A stretch of DNA of 64,000 nucleotides from Callorhinchus milii. Lineage: Eukaryota. The position numbers and the translations under genes are program-made. The stretch covers positions 75,084,001 to 75,148,000 of the forward strand of contig NW_024704742.1 of the NCBI RefSeq assembly GCF_018977255.1, read 5' to 3'. The stretch's first letter is position 1, and every line of letters starts with the position of its first letter. Positions 1 through 11,795 of this stretch are shown one piece after another. The notes below the pieces were generated by a model that searched no databases, was not told the origin of the DNA, and saw nothing but the letters and a program-made list of their open reading frames with translations.

Positions 1-971
1 TGGGTAGAGAGTCGAGAGGGGAGCTGAAGACACAGTCAAAGAGAAAGGAGGCCTTGAAGGAGGAAAGGGAGGAAGCAGCGAAGGCACTGGGGGATAGAGT
101 TCCAGAGCCTCGGGGCTGAGAGGCTGAAGGCCCGGCCACCAATGGTAGGGCGGTTGGGGCGGGGGATGTGGAGCAGACCGGAGCCGGAGGAACGGAGGGT
201 ACGGGCAGGTAGGTAGGGGGATAGTAGGTCGGAGAGGTAGGAGGGAGCGAGGCCGTGAATGGCCTTGTAGGTGAGGATGAGGATCTTGAATTCGATCCTC
301 TGGGGGATGGGGAGCCAGTGGAGGCGAGCGAGGGTGGGAGTGATGTGATCGCGAAGCCTGGTGCGGGACAATACACGAGGTGCAGAGTTCTGAATGACCT
401 GCAGCTTGTGGAGGGAGGTGGCGGGAAGGCCGGCGAGGAGAGAGTTCCCATAGTCCAGCCTTGAGGTGATAAAGGCGTGGACCAGGGTTTCAGCCGCGTG
501 AGGGGTGAGGTAGTGCCGTAGTCTGGCGATATTCCGGAGGTGATGGAAGGCGGTGCCAGTTGTGGTGCGGATATGAGGGAGAAAGGACAGCTCAGGGTCG
601 AACAGAACCCCGAGGTTCCTGATGGCTTTGAGAGGTGGAGAGTGCAGCCTTGGATGCTGATGGTGTCGGCGCCTGAGGTGCGGAGGCGCTGACGTGAGCC
701 AATCAGGAGGGCCTCAGTTTTGCGCACGTTGAGCTGAAGAAAGTTGTCTCTCATCCAGGACTCGATGTCGGACAGGCAGTCTGTCAGGACATCGGTGGTC
801 GTGGAGTTGAGGGTAGAGGAGGAAAGGTAGAGTTGGGTGTCATCCGCATACATGTGGAAGTTAACCCCATGTCTGCGGATGATGTCACCATAGGGGGAGC
901 ATATAGAGGGTGAAGAGGAGGGGACCGAGGACAGAGCCCTGAGGGACATCGCACGAGACAGTGACAGGGAT
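1..971 (-). mobile_element. L2 (LINE2) ORF2 3' fragment, young copy, running off the window start
   Basis: Minus-strand frames give typical L2 motifs (GVPQGSVLGP-like, HMYADDTQLY, DHITPTLARLHWLPIPQRIEFKILILTYKAIHGLAPSYLSDLL); frameshifted; CpGs largely retained. Confidence 0.93.
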
Positions 972-1102
972 ACATAGAGGCTCTGATGGATACAGAGAGG
1001 CTTTCGTTTTTTTTAATTTTCCGCTGTCTGTAACGATGCTAGTATGGGGATGCCAGAGTCCTTACAAGCAGTAGGAAATTGAGAAACAGATACTGTCTGT
1101 AA

Positions 1103-1158
1103 TACACACACACTCACACAAACACACACGGACACACACACTCACACAACCACACATA
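1103..1158. repeat. Imperfect (CA)n microsatellite
   Basis: acacacacactcacacaaacacacacggacacacacactcacac. Confidence 0.85.
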
Positions 1159-1234
1159 CGTGAAATCCTGGAATTGTCCCTGCTTAATGTGCCTTTTTTA
1201 AGGACATTCTTATTCGAAAGATTCTTAAAAAAAG

Positions 1235-1555
1235 CAGGTCAGAAAGATGTGGATTCAAGCTCCACCTCACAATCTGAACTCATATTCTAGGCTGACACTC
1301 CAACGAATTACTGAGAGAACTTGAAGTTTGTACTTCTTTAAGTGAATGTCAAAAATCCCGTGAAACAATTTGAAAAGTTAGGGAGTTTCTCCTGGTGTCC
1401 TCGCCAACAAATTGGTCATGCACTTCAAGAGACCTTTCATGAGACAAAGTAACTGCTTCCTTTTTCTACAAATGTACACTCATTACACTGAATATTAACT
1501 ACTTGTGAAGTACTTTTGGACAATCCGATGTTATCAGTATTATCAAATTCAAGAA
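1235..1555 (+). mobile_element. Degenerate Deu-domain SINE (SacSINE1-like)
   Basis: gtcagaaagatgtggattcaag ... aggctgacactcc ... ggagtttctcctggtgtcctcgccaa ... aaattggtcatg; collinear with better copies at 50.8 and 55.9 kb. Confidence 0.65.
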
Positions 1556-1879
1556 AGTTTATTATGAAACTCAGTACGAGCAAGCTGTATCCTATAAAGG
1601 TTTTGTCTGAAAAACGACTGCATGAGTTCTGAAATGCTTGCTGTATAATCTATTTAGAGTTTGAAGGTAGATCTATGGAAACCACTGATCTGCTGCACTA
1701 ATCACTACTCCTGCTGGGTGCTCCCTTCCCACCGCCTTTTCTGACTCCTATCACTGCTCTACCATCCCACAGCCTCCCTCTGCTCCAGCCTGCGAATACT
1801 CTGTTAAGCCAACCATGGCAGACGCTGCTGGCTGTACAACAGCAGCTACTCTAACTGCCCTATCCCCCATTCTCACCAC

Positions 1880-3780
1880 AAGGACCATTGGCCCTGGGGG
1901 CCAACCTCTCCTCCCTCATCCACATCCACACCCTCCCTGTCAATCCTCCCCCTCTCACCTCATCTCCCACATTCCTCCACCACCAATTGTCACCTCCACT
2001 TCGGCCTACAAAATGTCCACTACCTCGCCAATAAAACATTCACCATCCAAGACCTCATTGTCAATGAAAACATCGACATTATCACCCTCACCAAAACCTG
2101 GGTCACTCCAGGCGACACCTTTCCCGATAGAGGCCATACCACCCGACTGCAGCTTCCATCATCATACCACACGGCCTTACCACCATGGTGGTGGTGTGGC
2201 TCTCATCTCCTGGTCTCCACTCGACCTATTTCCTTACTCCTCTGCAAGCTTCCCCTCCTTTGAGCACCTTACTGTTTATTGCCCCTCCAAAATTCTCCTT
2301 ATTTATCACCTCCCCAAAACCTCCCCCACCTTCCTCCCAAACATCTCCACCCTTCCATCTTCCCTCTCCCTTTTCTCCAAACGCCTCCTCATCCTAGGCG
2401 ATTTCAACTTCCATTTCACCCCCTCCTGCTCTACCTCTGCTGACTTGTCCTCTATCCTCTCCTCCCTCAACCTCTCCCTCCACATACACTCCGCCACCCA
2501 TCCATGGTCACCCTCTCGACCTGGTGATCACCCAGGATTTCACTATCTCGGACCTTACCATAACTGATAAAACTATCTTGGATCTCTTCCCCCTACTGAA
2601 CCTAGTTTTAGTCAAAGTGTCAAATCATATTCTGTCCATCTGCAACCAGGGCTCCCTCTGCTTCCTCAATCTCTCTGCTGCCTTTGATATCGTTGACCAC
2701 TCTATCCTCTTCCACCACCTCTCCTCTCACTGGAATCTTCATGGTTCTGTCCTTGAATGGTTCACATCCTACCTCTCACACCATCTCCACAAACGGTTTC
2801 TCCTCTAGCCTCGGCACCATCTTGTACGACGTTCCGGATGATACCCAACTGTATCTCTCTGCATCCACCCTCGACTCCAGATCCACTGCTGTTCTGATAG
2901 AATGTCTGTCAGACATCAAGTCCTGGATGAGAGCTAACTTTCTTCAGTTGAACGTCAACAAGACCGAGGCTCTCCTGATTGGCTCCCGTCAACGCCTCCA
3001 CACCTCAGGCGCAGACAGCATCACCATCCAAGGATACACAATCCACCTCACTGAGCCAGTCCGGAACCTTGGCATCTTGTTTGACCCTCAACTATCCTTT
3101 CTACCCCACATCTGTCTCGACTGCTCTGCCTTCCACCACCTCCGCAACATTGACCAGCTCAGCCACTGTCTCACATTGCAGGCTGCCGAAACCCTCAAAG
3201 ATGCATTCATTACATCCAGGCTTGACTATGCTAACTCCCTGCTTGTCGACCTCCTCGACTTCTCCCTTTGTAGGCTGCAGATCATCCAGAACTCTGCAGC
3301 CTGTGTCCTCTCCCACACCAGGCTTCATGACCCTATCATCCCATCCTCGCCCGACTCCACTGGCTTCCCATCACACAGAGGATACAGTTCAAGATCCTGG
3401 TCCTCACTTTCAAAGGCCTCCATGGTCTTACTCTCCCCTATCCCTGTGACCTCCTAACCTCCTACCAACCTGCCCGATCCCTCCGCTCAGCGGGCTCCGG
3501 CCTGCTTCACATCCCTGCCTCACCCGGGCCTTCAGCCACTCTGCATCCACCCTCTGGAATTCTATCCCGTAGTCCCTCTGCCTCGGCCCCTCTCTTGCCT
3601 CCTTCAAGACCTGTCTCAAGACAGTCCTCTTCAACCGTGTCTTCGGTCACACTCCTTCCCCCCCTGCCCTCCACCCTCCCCGATCCCAACCCCCAGCTTG
3701 GGTCCGAAACACTGATTGTCCAGCGTCTTGAGACATCCTCCTGACGTAAAAGGCGCTATAAAATGTAATTTTGTTATTGT
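1880..3780 (+). mobile_element. L2 LINE with APE endonuclease remnant, internally deleted RT and intact 3' tail
   Basis: LLILGDFNFH (APE), LNLSAAFDIVDH and DDTQLY (RT), NFLQLNVNKTEALLIGS, SRLDYANSLL; tail gacgtaaaaggcgctataaaatgtaattttgtt. Multiple frameshifts. Confidence 0.92.
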
Positions 3781-4076
3781 AACACAGAGAAAAGGTTGGT
3801 GTTCCTCCAGGAGTTGCACAGGTAGAATTTCTCTGCCAGATTTTTTGTCTGCAGCTCATTGCCACACTCATAACAAAAACTTCCATTTACTGATGGTTGC
3901 ACTGAATATTCCACAAGTTCTGTGCTAGAACAAGGCACCGCAACCCAATCAAAGCTCAGAACTCCACCTCAGGCTTTTACCAGTTTTCCATCTCTAAACT
4001 AAAGTGGTGGTGCAAACCACTATATCCATAGTGGCAAAGACAAATTCATTCTTGTTACGCATGTGTGCTAAAAGCA

Positions 4077-4192
4077 AAATGAGAATGTATGAAACATAGC
4101 TTATAAAAATGCTCACATTACCATAAACCAGTGATTACTGGTTTATGGTAACGTGAGCATTTTTATAAGTTATGTTTCATACATTCTCATTT
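4077..4192. repeat. 116-bp near-perfect palindrome (58-bp arms, no spacer)
   Basis: 4077-4134 is the reverse complement of 4135-4192 except at 4099/4170, 4117/4152 and 4133/4136. Confidence 0.95.
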
Positions 4193-4604
4193 GTATATAC
4201 AAATGTAATACAAAAATACTGGTTCAATTTTTGGGCTGCTACAGGTCGCGTGCCCTATTTGAGAAATGTTGGCGGGCCACATGAGCAATACTGTTGTTTC
4301 CCTGCCAGAAACATAACATTTATACAGCTTCTTTTTCAGCTCAGGACATCTCAAAGTGCTCGACGCTGCTGGCTGGGCACCTGAACTGGAAGCTGAGGGA
4401 GGTGGAACAGGGAGTGGAAAAGATTACTGAAAGCGCAGTGAAACTGTTAGGTCTTGATATGCCTTAAAATAGGGGAGGGAATTGGAGGGACTCCGGAATT
4501 GAGTTCCAGAAAACAGGGGCAAAAGAATAATGGTGAGGTAGATGAGTTGGGGGACACAAAGCAAGTAGGTGTTTGCTGGGCAAAGGGAACAGCCAGGTTC
4601 CGAC

Positions 4605-4712
4605 ATTTAATTAGATCATGGCTGATCTGTATTTCAACTAAATCTTTCAATTCCAATTTCCCGCTTTCTCCCCATATCCCTTAATACCCTGAACTACCAA
4701 AAATCTATCAAA
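4605..4712 (-). mobile_element. CR1 LINE 3'-end fragment
   Basis: tagatcatggctgatct ... ctccccatatcccttaataccc ... aaaaatctatc is the reverse complement of the CR1 tail at 5358-5508. Confidence 0.75.
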
Positions 4713-4769
4713 GATCGCAGAGGTAGGATGGGGAGGAGAGGTTGGGAGATGAGGGACTTAAGAGTTGTT

Positions 4770-6060
4770 TTTCACTGGGAAAAGAGGGAGCTTTCTGCAC
4801 GACACGTCGCTCAGTGTCTGTCCTCAGTCGTCATACCCCCGCAGCGGTAGATTTGTGGCAAACACAGGAAGCTGCTACATGGAGGGACTGCTCCAGTCTA
4901 CACTGATCTGTCACTGAGCACCCTGGAGGTCGAGTCGGCTTCACTGTGGAAACCTCTATTTGCCAAAGTCCCTCACACGAGGACCTGGAGTAAACAGCTG
5001 GTGCTAAGTAAGCCTGGTACGCAGCATTGGACTTGAGATCAAGGTGGCAGGCAAATCACAAGTTGTGTTGTAAAGGTCCTTGCACCACGCTGAAGGCAGA
5101 TGTCCGCCAGATAACTGATGAGGAAACTAAGGCTTTGGGTAACAGATGCTGGAAGGTGTTACCTGGAGTCTTGAACACGCGTTCATACATCCAGGGCTTA
5201 GAATCCACCTTGACTGATCTGCAGATACTGCTACTGCTCAAGCTCCGCACCTGCAACTGGTGGAATCATTGTTCAACAGGAAAGAATGAGTGTCCAAGCT
5301 GTGGCAATGCTGTCATGCATTTCCTCCTGAGCTGTTTTGCCCACAAGGCTGAAACTGATAGATATTTAAAAAATAGAGGGATTAGGGGATATGGGGATAG
5401 GGCAGGTAATTAGAGTTAGGTCTGAAGATCAGCCATGATCTTATCGAATGGCAGGGCAGGCTCGAGGGGCCGAATGGCCTACTCCTGCTCCTAATTCTTA
5501 TGTTTTTAAGTAAGCTCATAGGGAGTTCCTGGAATCTGCCATTCACCAAGAGTGGGCTCAAATACACCTTTGTTGGATATCAAATGACCTGGTCTGTCAG
5601 CAGGAATTGAAAGGGCAGACTCGTCACTGGGGGTAGAGATTCTTCCCACCACTCAGCAACTGTTAACTCTGCAAGCCAAAGCCCTAACGGGTAGGGTACT
5701 CCTATGCTGGACAAGCAACAGAAAAGTTTGAAAGACAGATAGTGCTTTTAATGGCAAGCTATGCAGTCTTAGGTGGTGAGACTCTGGCAATACTCCAACA
5801 ATCTTTGGCTCTTGCCAACCTGCACCTAATACTCTCAAGAATTAGGCAAGCTGGATGTGTCCCTCCAGGGAGGGAACTCATCCAACTTCTGTGGCGGTCT
5901 CAGATTCCAGGTCTTAAGTCAGGCAAGTCTACAATATTCCAGGGCACTGCTCATGATAGCTGAGCCAGCCTGGCTCATTGTAGGATTTGGAGGGGCAGAC
6001 CAGTCAATGGGAGAATGCAACAAGTACACAAGCAAAGTTAGGCCAGCCAGAGAAGGGAGC
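4770..6060 (+). mobile_element. 3' part of a non-LTR retrotransposon (RTE-X-like), interrupted by a CR1 tail
   Basis: ORF 5027-5413 contains LLKLRT...CPSCGNAVMHFLLSC (C-terminal CCHC motif of non-LTR ORF2). Downstream sequence (aaagccctaacgggtaggg ... aatggcaagctatg ... ggctcttgccaacctgcacctaata) recurs at 11, 28.9, 46.7 and 52.5 kb. Confidence 0.65.
5358..5508 (+). mobile_element. CR1 LINE 3' tail, young copy
   Basis: gatcagccatgatcttatcgaatggcagggcaggctcgaggggccgaatggcctactcctgctcctaattcttatg is a typical CR1 3' terminus. Confidence 0.88.
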
Positions 6061-6258
6061 AAATTAATATCATCCCCGAGCATATCTACATCAAATATAA
6101 ACAGGTTGAGAAGGAACCGGTTGGATTTGGGAAGATGGGGCGGGCAGGACAGAGTACATGAAATAGGCCAGTGCCCACTGAGTGCAGAGAGGGGTCAGGT
6201 TGGTCAGGTTCTGCCAAAACAACAGAACAATTGGGCACAGGCTACTCCAGAAACCCAC

Positions 6259-6380
6259 ATAATAATAATCCTTGCACTTGATACAGTGCCTTATCACGTC
6301 TTTGAGATGTCTAAAAGCGCTTCACAGAATATACTGTAAAGTGAATTGTGGGCGTAACGTGGCAGCCAATTTTGCACATG
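6259..6380 (-). mobile_element. tRNA-Ala-headed SINE, 3' fragment
   Basis: aataataatccttgcacttgatacag ... aagcgcttcacagaatatactgtaaagtgaattg matches the 3' end of full copies. Confidence 0.85.
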
Positions 6381-7724
6381 CCTTTACCAATCTTGTCGTT
6401 AACATGTCAGTACTGTGTAGCTCAGCATCAGAAGGGGAATCCCTACTAATGCAAACTGATTAAGGTGCTGTTGACACTGCTGCTATTTTAAGCAGCTCGC
6501 TTCCAGGATAGAAGAGATCCATGCCAGGGTTTAGTGAGGATCAGCTTCATGTCACAGATGGTTACACCCACAGAAAAAAAATCCTATACATGAGATAACA
6601 AAGGCTCAGCCACTGAGTGCTTTGCATAGGAAAGTACTTAAATTAGAACACTGCTCTGGTGGTAAAGCAGCAATGTATTTTTTTCCAAAGAGGCTTAATA
6701 AAATACATTTTCTTTAAAAAAGATTTTTTCAAAATGTGTTCATATCGCACATTACAGATAAATTAACTGTTAAAAATAAACAGACAAGCGTTATTTGCTT
6801 TAGAATGACTTTCATCATATATTAAAACTACAGAAGAGACTTCCTTTCTAAGTTATCAAACTTCTTAAATGTTGATACGCTGCCTTAAAGCAGCTCGGTA
6901 CAGCTGCAGTGTATTGCCATTTGTCCAGAGTGGGTTTCTGCACTGACAGACACTCTGCAGAATTTACTCTATTACCATGCAGCTGTCCTGATATTCCCAG
7001 TTTCTCACCGTCTGAAAGTGATCTCATCACATTTCACTCATTGCATTGAAAAAACCCCACCATTTGTCAGACATTTCAACAACAACAACAAATTGCATTT
7101 ACATTGCGTCTTTCACATCAATTGAAAGTTAATGATCTTCTTAATTCCCAAATTATATTCCGGCATTTTGTTCTGAAGCTGCATTCTGCTGTTTGTACTC
7201 CAGGAGGTTCACAGAGACAGCCCCCACCCCCCCCCCCCCCCCAGCCTGATTTCATATTGCTCACATTTCCACAATGATTGCTTGCTGCAGTCACACCAAG
7301 AGAAGGGAGAACCAAGACAAGTCTCACTTTAGGTCTTGCAACAAAGGGGAGAAAATAACCTTTCAAAAAGAGATACATTCATCTGTTTGTCTAAAGGAGT
7401 TTATTGTTCTGTATTAGTGCATTTTTAAATAGCGTTTGATCTGTACAATCAGACCGGCATTTATGCAGATCTCTTTACCACCACTGGAATATGTTTAAGT
7501 AGCAAAAATAACAGTTCTAACAATCCACAACTTTTGCTCTTATGCTGGTAAATCAGACTCTTCCCATTGGTCTCCTTGAGAAGGAAAGTCACCACAAAGA
7601 ACTGTTAGAAGCACAAACACTCAAAGTACCTTTCTACTTTTGCTCTTAAATCAACTCAAAGGCAGATTTTCAAACAAATTTCATTTAAACTCCAGATAAT
7701 TACTAATCTCAGAGTATATGCCAA

Positions 7725-8300
7725 CTTGGTTCAATGGGTAGCCCTGTCACTTCAGAGTCAGAAGGTTGTGGATTCAACCCCAGCGACAGGACTACGAACT
7801 CATAGTTAACAATCTAATGCAATGCTGGGGGAGTGATGCATTGTTGGAAGGTGCTGCCCTTCACATGAGATGTTAAACCAAGGTCCTGTTAACCTGTTCA
7901 GTGGGATGATAAAAGAACCCATGGCACTATTTGCTTCAAGTATCCTGACCAACACTACTCTCAAATAAAATTGGTCACTCACTTGGGCAAGTTCCTTACT
8001 CCACGCGCCTGATAATAATCCCTCAAGAAAATAAAAATAATTTGGTCACTTCAATCCATGACTGTTTGTGGGACACTGCTGTGCGTAGTTGGCTGCCGCG
8101 TTTCGCCCACAAATATAGTCGATTTATTTTACAGTCTATTCTGTAAAGTGCTTTGAGACGTCTAGAAGATGTGAAAAACGCTATATCAAATGCAAGGATT
8201 ATTATTATATTCACGACAAATAAACGGTTCCTAAATTTTACAGAAAATCTTGTGAAACGCTACAAGACATTTCAACATGCAGTGCTATATCAAACACAAT
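7725..8300 (+). mobile_element. Deu-domain SINE interrupted by a younger SINE (7983-8210)
   Basis: gagtcagaaggttgtggattcaa ... atgagatgttaaaccaaggtcc ... cccatggcactattt (Deu core); its tail resumes after 8210 (cttgtgaaacgct ... gtgctatatcaaa). Confidence 0.75.
7983..8210 (+). mobile_element. tRNA-Ala-headed SINE, 5'-truncated
   Basis: ttgggcaagttccttactccacgcgcct ... gctatatcaaatgcaaggattattatt. Confidence 0.9.
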
Positions 8301-8733
8301 TTGTGATAGCCACGGAATGGATCACTGACTGGAACACTAACTGTTCCTCAGTCAGTGTCTTCAAGTCGAAGAGTCTCAATGAGTGCAGCTTTCTGAGTCT
8401 GCAACTTTCAACAATGATTTCCTACTTTTCCTGCAGTTATTTAAACTGCTGCATTTACTGAACTGGTTTAAAAAACAGTTCAGTATTGTAGAAGAGGGGG
8501 TCACACATTGCAGTTCTCATCAAGCAATGAATGCCCTTTAGGGAGACATTAAAGATAACATGACACAGTTGGTGAAGAGAATGGAGTTTTGACCAGTGTC
8601 CTTGCCAACAATCTCCCAGATTAATTGAACATTCTGTTCATGAAAACTTTGCTGGTACATAGTTACAGTGTTTGCCAACAAAAATAGTTACTAAAATACT
8701 TATGAAACACATTACAATCCTTGCATTTGATAT

Positions 8734-9043
8734 AATAATAATCCTTGCATTTGATATAGCACTTTTCACATCTTCTAGACGGCTCAAAGCGCTTCACAGA
8801 ATAGACTGTAAAGTGAATTGACTGTATATTTGTGAGCGAAACGCAGCAGCCAATTGCGCACAGCAGTGTCCCACAAACAGTTGGGGATTGAAAATGACCA
8901 ATTTATTATTGTTTTGTTTTGGAGGGATTATTATTAGGCGTATGGAGTAAGGAAACTTGCCCAAGGTTTCGCCCTGCCTGGAATTGAACCCAGGTGTCTC
9001 GCTTGCAAAGCGAGTGCTCTAACCACTGAGCTACAGGACTCCA
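8734..9043 (-). mobile_element. Full-length tRNA-Ala(UGC)-derived SINE with L2-type tail (short variant, about 310 bp)
   Basis: Minus strand: A box TAGCTCAGTGG, anticodon arm CTCGC-TTTGCAA-GCGAG, B box GGTTCAATTCC, CORE-like ccttgggcaagtt, tail gctatatcaaatgcaagg(att)n. Confidence 0.93.
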
Positions 9044-9046
9044 TGA

Positions 9047-9190
9047 CTTCATATAGCACCTTATCTCATCTTCTAGACATCTCAAAGCGCTTCACAGAAT
9101 ATACTGTAAAGTGGATTGACTGTATATTCTGTGGACGAAACATGGCAACCAATTGCACACAGCAGGGTCCCACAAACAATTGTGGATTGA
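9047..9190 (-). mobile_element. Older copy of the same SINE; its tail tip lies at 8716-8733
   Basis: aatccttgcatttgatat (8716-8733) joins seamlessly to agcaccttatc... after removing the 8734-9043 insert. Confidence 0.8.
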
Positions 9191-11004
9191 GACATTATGA
9201 CATGAAGTGTTACAAAAGAGACAATTTTCTTTCTTATTGCATCCCAAAATCATGAGTGATGAATGCCAAGTCCAGACCGTCTCAAGAGTTGCATAATTTG
9301 AAGTCTAGAAGCCATTTTATATCAACAGATATCACTGTTCTGATCTACAGACACAGACGTTTAAGTAATTATCTATCACCTACACGTTATTTGGTAATGT
9401 GATATATATGGCAGTGGGGAAAAAGTCTGAATATTGGTAGAAACCACACAATTATTTTTCAAAGCTGACAGCCCCTGGTTAAGAGATATTGCCCATTTGG
9501 GTTTCAGCCAATTCCAGCATTAAAATAGTTCATTAATCTTCAGTGAATATTTGTGACTCACCGATTATCTTTATAGCAATGTGCCACTTAGTCTAAGAAT
9601 TAAGTAAGTGTTATCCTTCTCACTTATATTGCTATTGCCACCCCCTGTTTTAGTTCATTCATAGCATGCGCTATTCTACAGCACAGAAGGTCTGGCATAT
9701 AGCCTATTGTAAAACTCAGTCAATGTCCCTCTGTAACTCTGCTCAGATGTATTTTCTCCTACCTTATTGAGAAGCATCTCAGACCAGTACCTCTCTCAAA
9801 GTTCAGATAATGAGCAGATGGGAAATTGATGTAGTATTACTGTTCAAATGATAAGGCCTGGATACCCACAAAAAAAATTAAGATTTATTCATAAATAGAA
9901 GAAAGGTTGGCAGGAGAATTCCTTTCTACAATTCTTTCTAAAGATCTGCAATTCCATCTACTGCTGTTTGATCTCACCACCAGCTGAGTGGTAACTATTT
10001 TCATCTCGTTGAATTTGCATGAAAGATCTTTTATAAAGCATGACCTCATCAATATGTAAATGATCCATGGCTGTGCACTGGATCGACTTGAAATCCAGTC
10101 CACTACAATTAACACGTTAGAAGCTAGCTTTTTAATTCCGTTGGTTATATTTTCAGCAACTGATTTTTTCCTCAGATAGATCTTTTCAATGATTCTATAA
10201 GAGAGGGGAAGTGGGACTAGTTGGTGGATCTTTCACAGGCACGGTGGGCCAAATGGCCTCCTTCTTTGCTATAAAATTTTAAGTTTCTATAAGATGCAAT
10301 GGTTCTTTCTCGGTATAATTAGCCAACAGACCAAAAACAGACTAGAAAATATTACACTTGGTTTGAGAATTGAGTAAAAGTAAAACTTGCCTGGTTCGTC
10401 ACAACAACTATTAGGAATTAAAGGTCTACCCTGGGTAAGTTAATGCTGCCACACAAAGAAGGTTCTTATCACTGTAAGTCTCCCTCTCACACACACTCGC
10501 CAGTGTAGTTGCGTCAGGGCTATCCTAGCTTCAGTGCACTTGAAGCATTGTCATGTGAAGTCAATATGTACTGAGACCAAGGCTGATCTATGCTGTGTAA
10601 CTGCAGTGAGTAGCAGGAGAGTGAATTGTTGTATTTCAATGAAGGAAGAGCTATACGGGGTCAGATAACTCCACACAGATATTCTCTTGCATGCTCAGGA
10701 AAGTATGTACTGACTTCTTATTGTGTGTTTTTTTCTCAAGGGTTTTAGTTTAACCTGGTCTAAAAGGTCAATTAACAGTTCTTTGACTCAAAAAGAATAG
10801 CAAATGGAGGAAGTCCAAGACAATGTGACTGTACCGAGACATGTACAGATCATGTCTCGGTATGACAATGACCTTTAAGGTCTGCGGTGCTGTCACTGAC
10901 CAACTAATTGTTTTACAGATCCCACGCATCCTGACCAAGGTGGTCATTCTTCAAATGCGAGTGTGACAATGAGTATCACAGGCTACTTTCCCTCTGCCCA
11001 AATT

Positions 11005-11630
11005 TATGGTCAGCCAGATGTCTAATACAGAAACCCATCACCATGCTTAAGAGTATCCAAACAAGACAGAGTTCCACATATGTATGCCAGCTACACATGG
11101 AAATTTTCCTGTGTCTGGAATGGAATGCGCACCCTCTCCCTGGAGGGACACATAATGCTCACGTACTTTCAGAGAGTATTATAGGTGCAAGATAGCAACA
11201 GCCAAGGTTTGGGGATCGCAGAATTTGCATGGAGTAATGCTGGAGTTTTACCAGATTAAAAACCTCATAGCTTGCCATTGAAAGCATTATCTGGCAAGCT
11301 TGTCCAACTAGTGCCAACCCATCCCTTAGGGCTTTAAAAAATTTCAGGAGCTGAGTGAGAAGTATCCCTGCTCTTAGAACCTAGTCTGCCCTCAAAGTCC
11401 TATTGATGAGCCAGGCTGGCTGACCGATCATCGTCAGTGCCCTGGAGTACTGTGGGCTCACCTGGCTCAGGAACTGGACCACCAAGAACACCACAGAGGA
11501 TTGACTCAATTCCAATATTCTATTGCTAAGCATGTCAACTCAGAGCAAACAGATATATATATTATAGTTCTGTCTTGATATGAACATGACCTTTAGGGCC
11601 TGGGGTGCTGTCATTGATTAACTAATGCCA
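11005..11630 (-). mobile_element. RTE-X-like LINE 3' fragment (same family as 4770-6060)
   Basis: ctctccctggagggacaca, catagcttgccattgaaagca, gagccaggctggctga...cagtgccctgga are reverse complements of blocks at 5.7-6.0 kb. Confidence 0.7.
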
Positions 11631-11634
11631 TTGG

Positions 11635-11795
11635 CCCAATCTTACCTTCACCCAACATCCACACATGTACATTTTCTGATTAAAGTCACTGGTTGTAAAT
11701 TAGGAGCAGAAATCCTGGCTGATTATATTTCCTGCTCAAGCATGGAAGCCAATTGGAGTGTCCCATCACTGTCTTGGCTGTCATCAGCTAAGGGC
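11635..11795 (-). mobile_element. Ancient AmnSINE2-like SINE fragment (further piece at about 10920-10990)
   Basis: gtcactggttgtaaattaggagcagaaatcctggctgatt is the reverse complement of the aatcagcca...ctcc.gattgctatccagtgac motif at 21.4 kb; family name from memory. Confidence 0.5.

Noticed and set aside
1815..3457. ORFs of 250 and 257 aa as host genes
   Set aside because: Frameshifted L2 APE/RT pieces in stop-poor C-rich sequence.
8970..9041. tRNA-Ala(UGC) gene
   Set aside because: The cloverleaf is the head of a dispersed SINE, with no oligo-T terminator, and continues into the SINE body; the same applies at 33.3, 37.3, 38.9, 48.7 and 49.5 kb.
10837..10857. p53-like response element (agacatgtac-a-gatcatgtct)
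   Set aside because: One mismatch per half-site and explained by the local inverted repeat.
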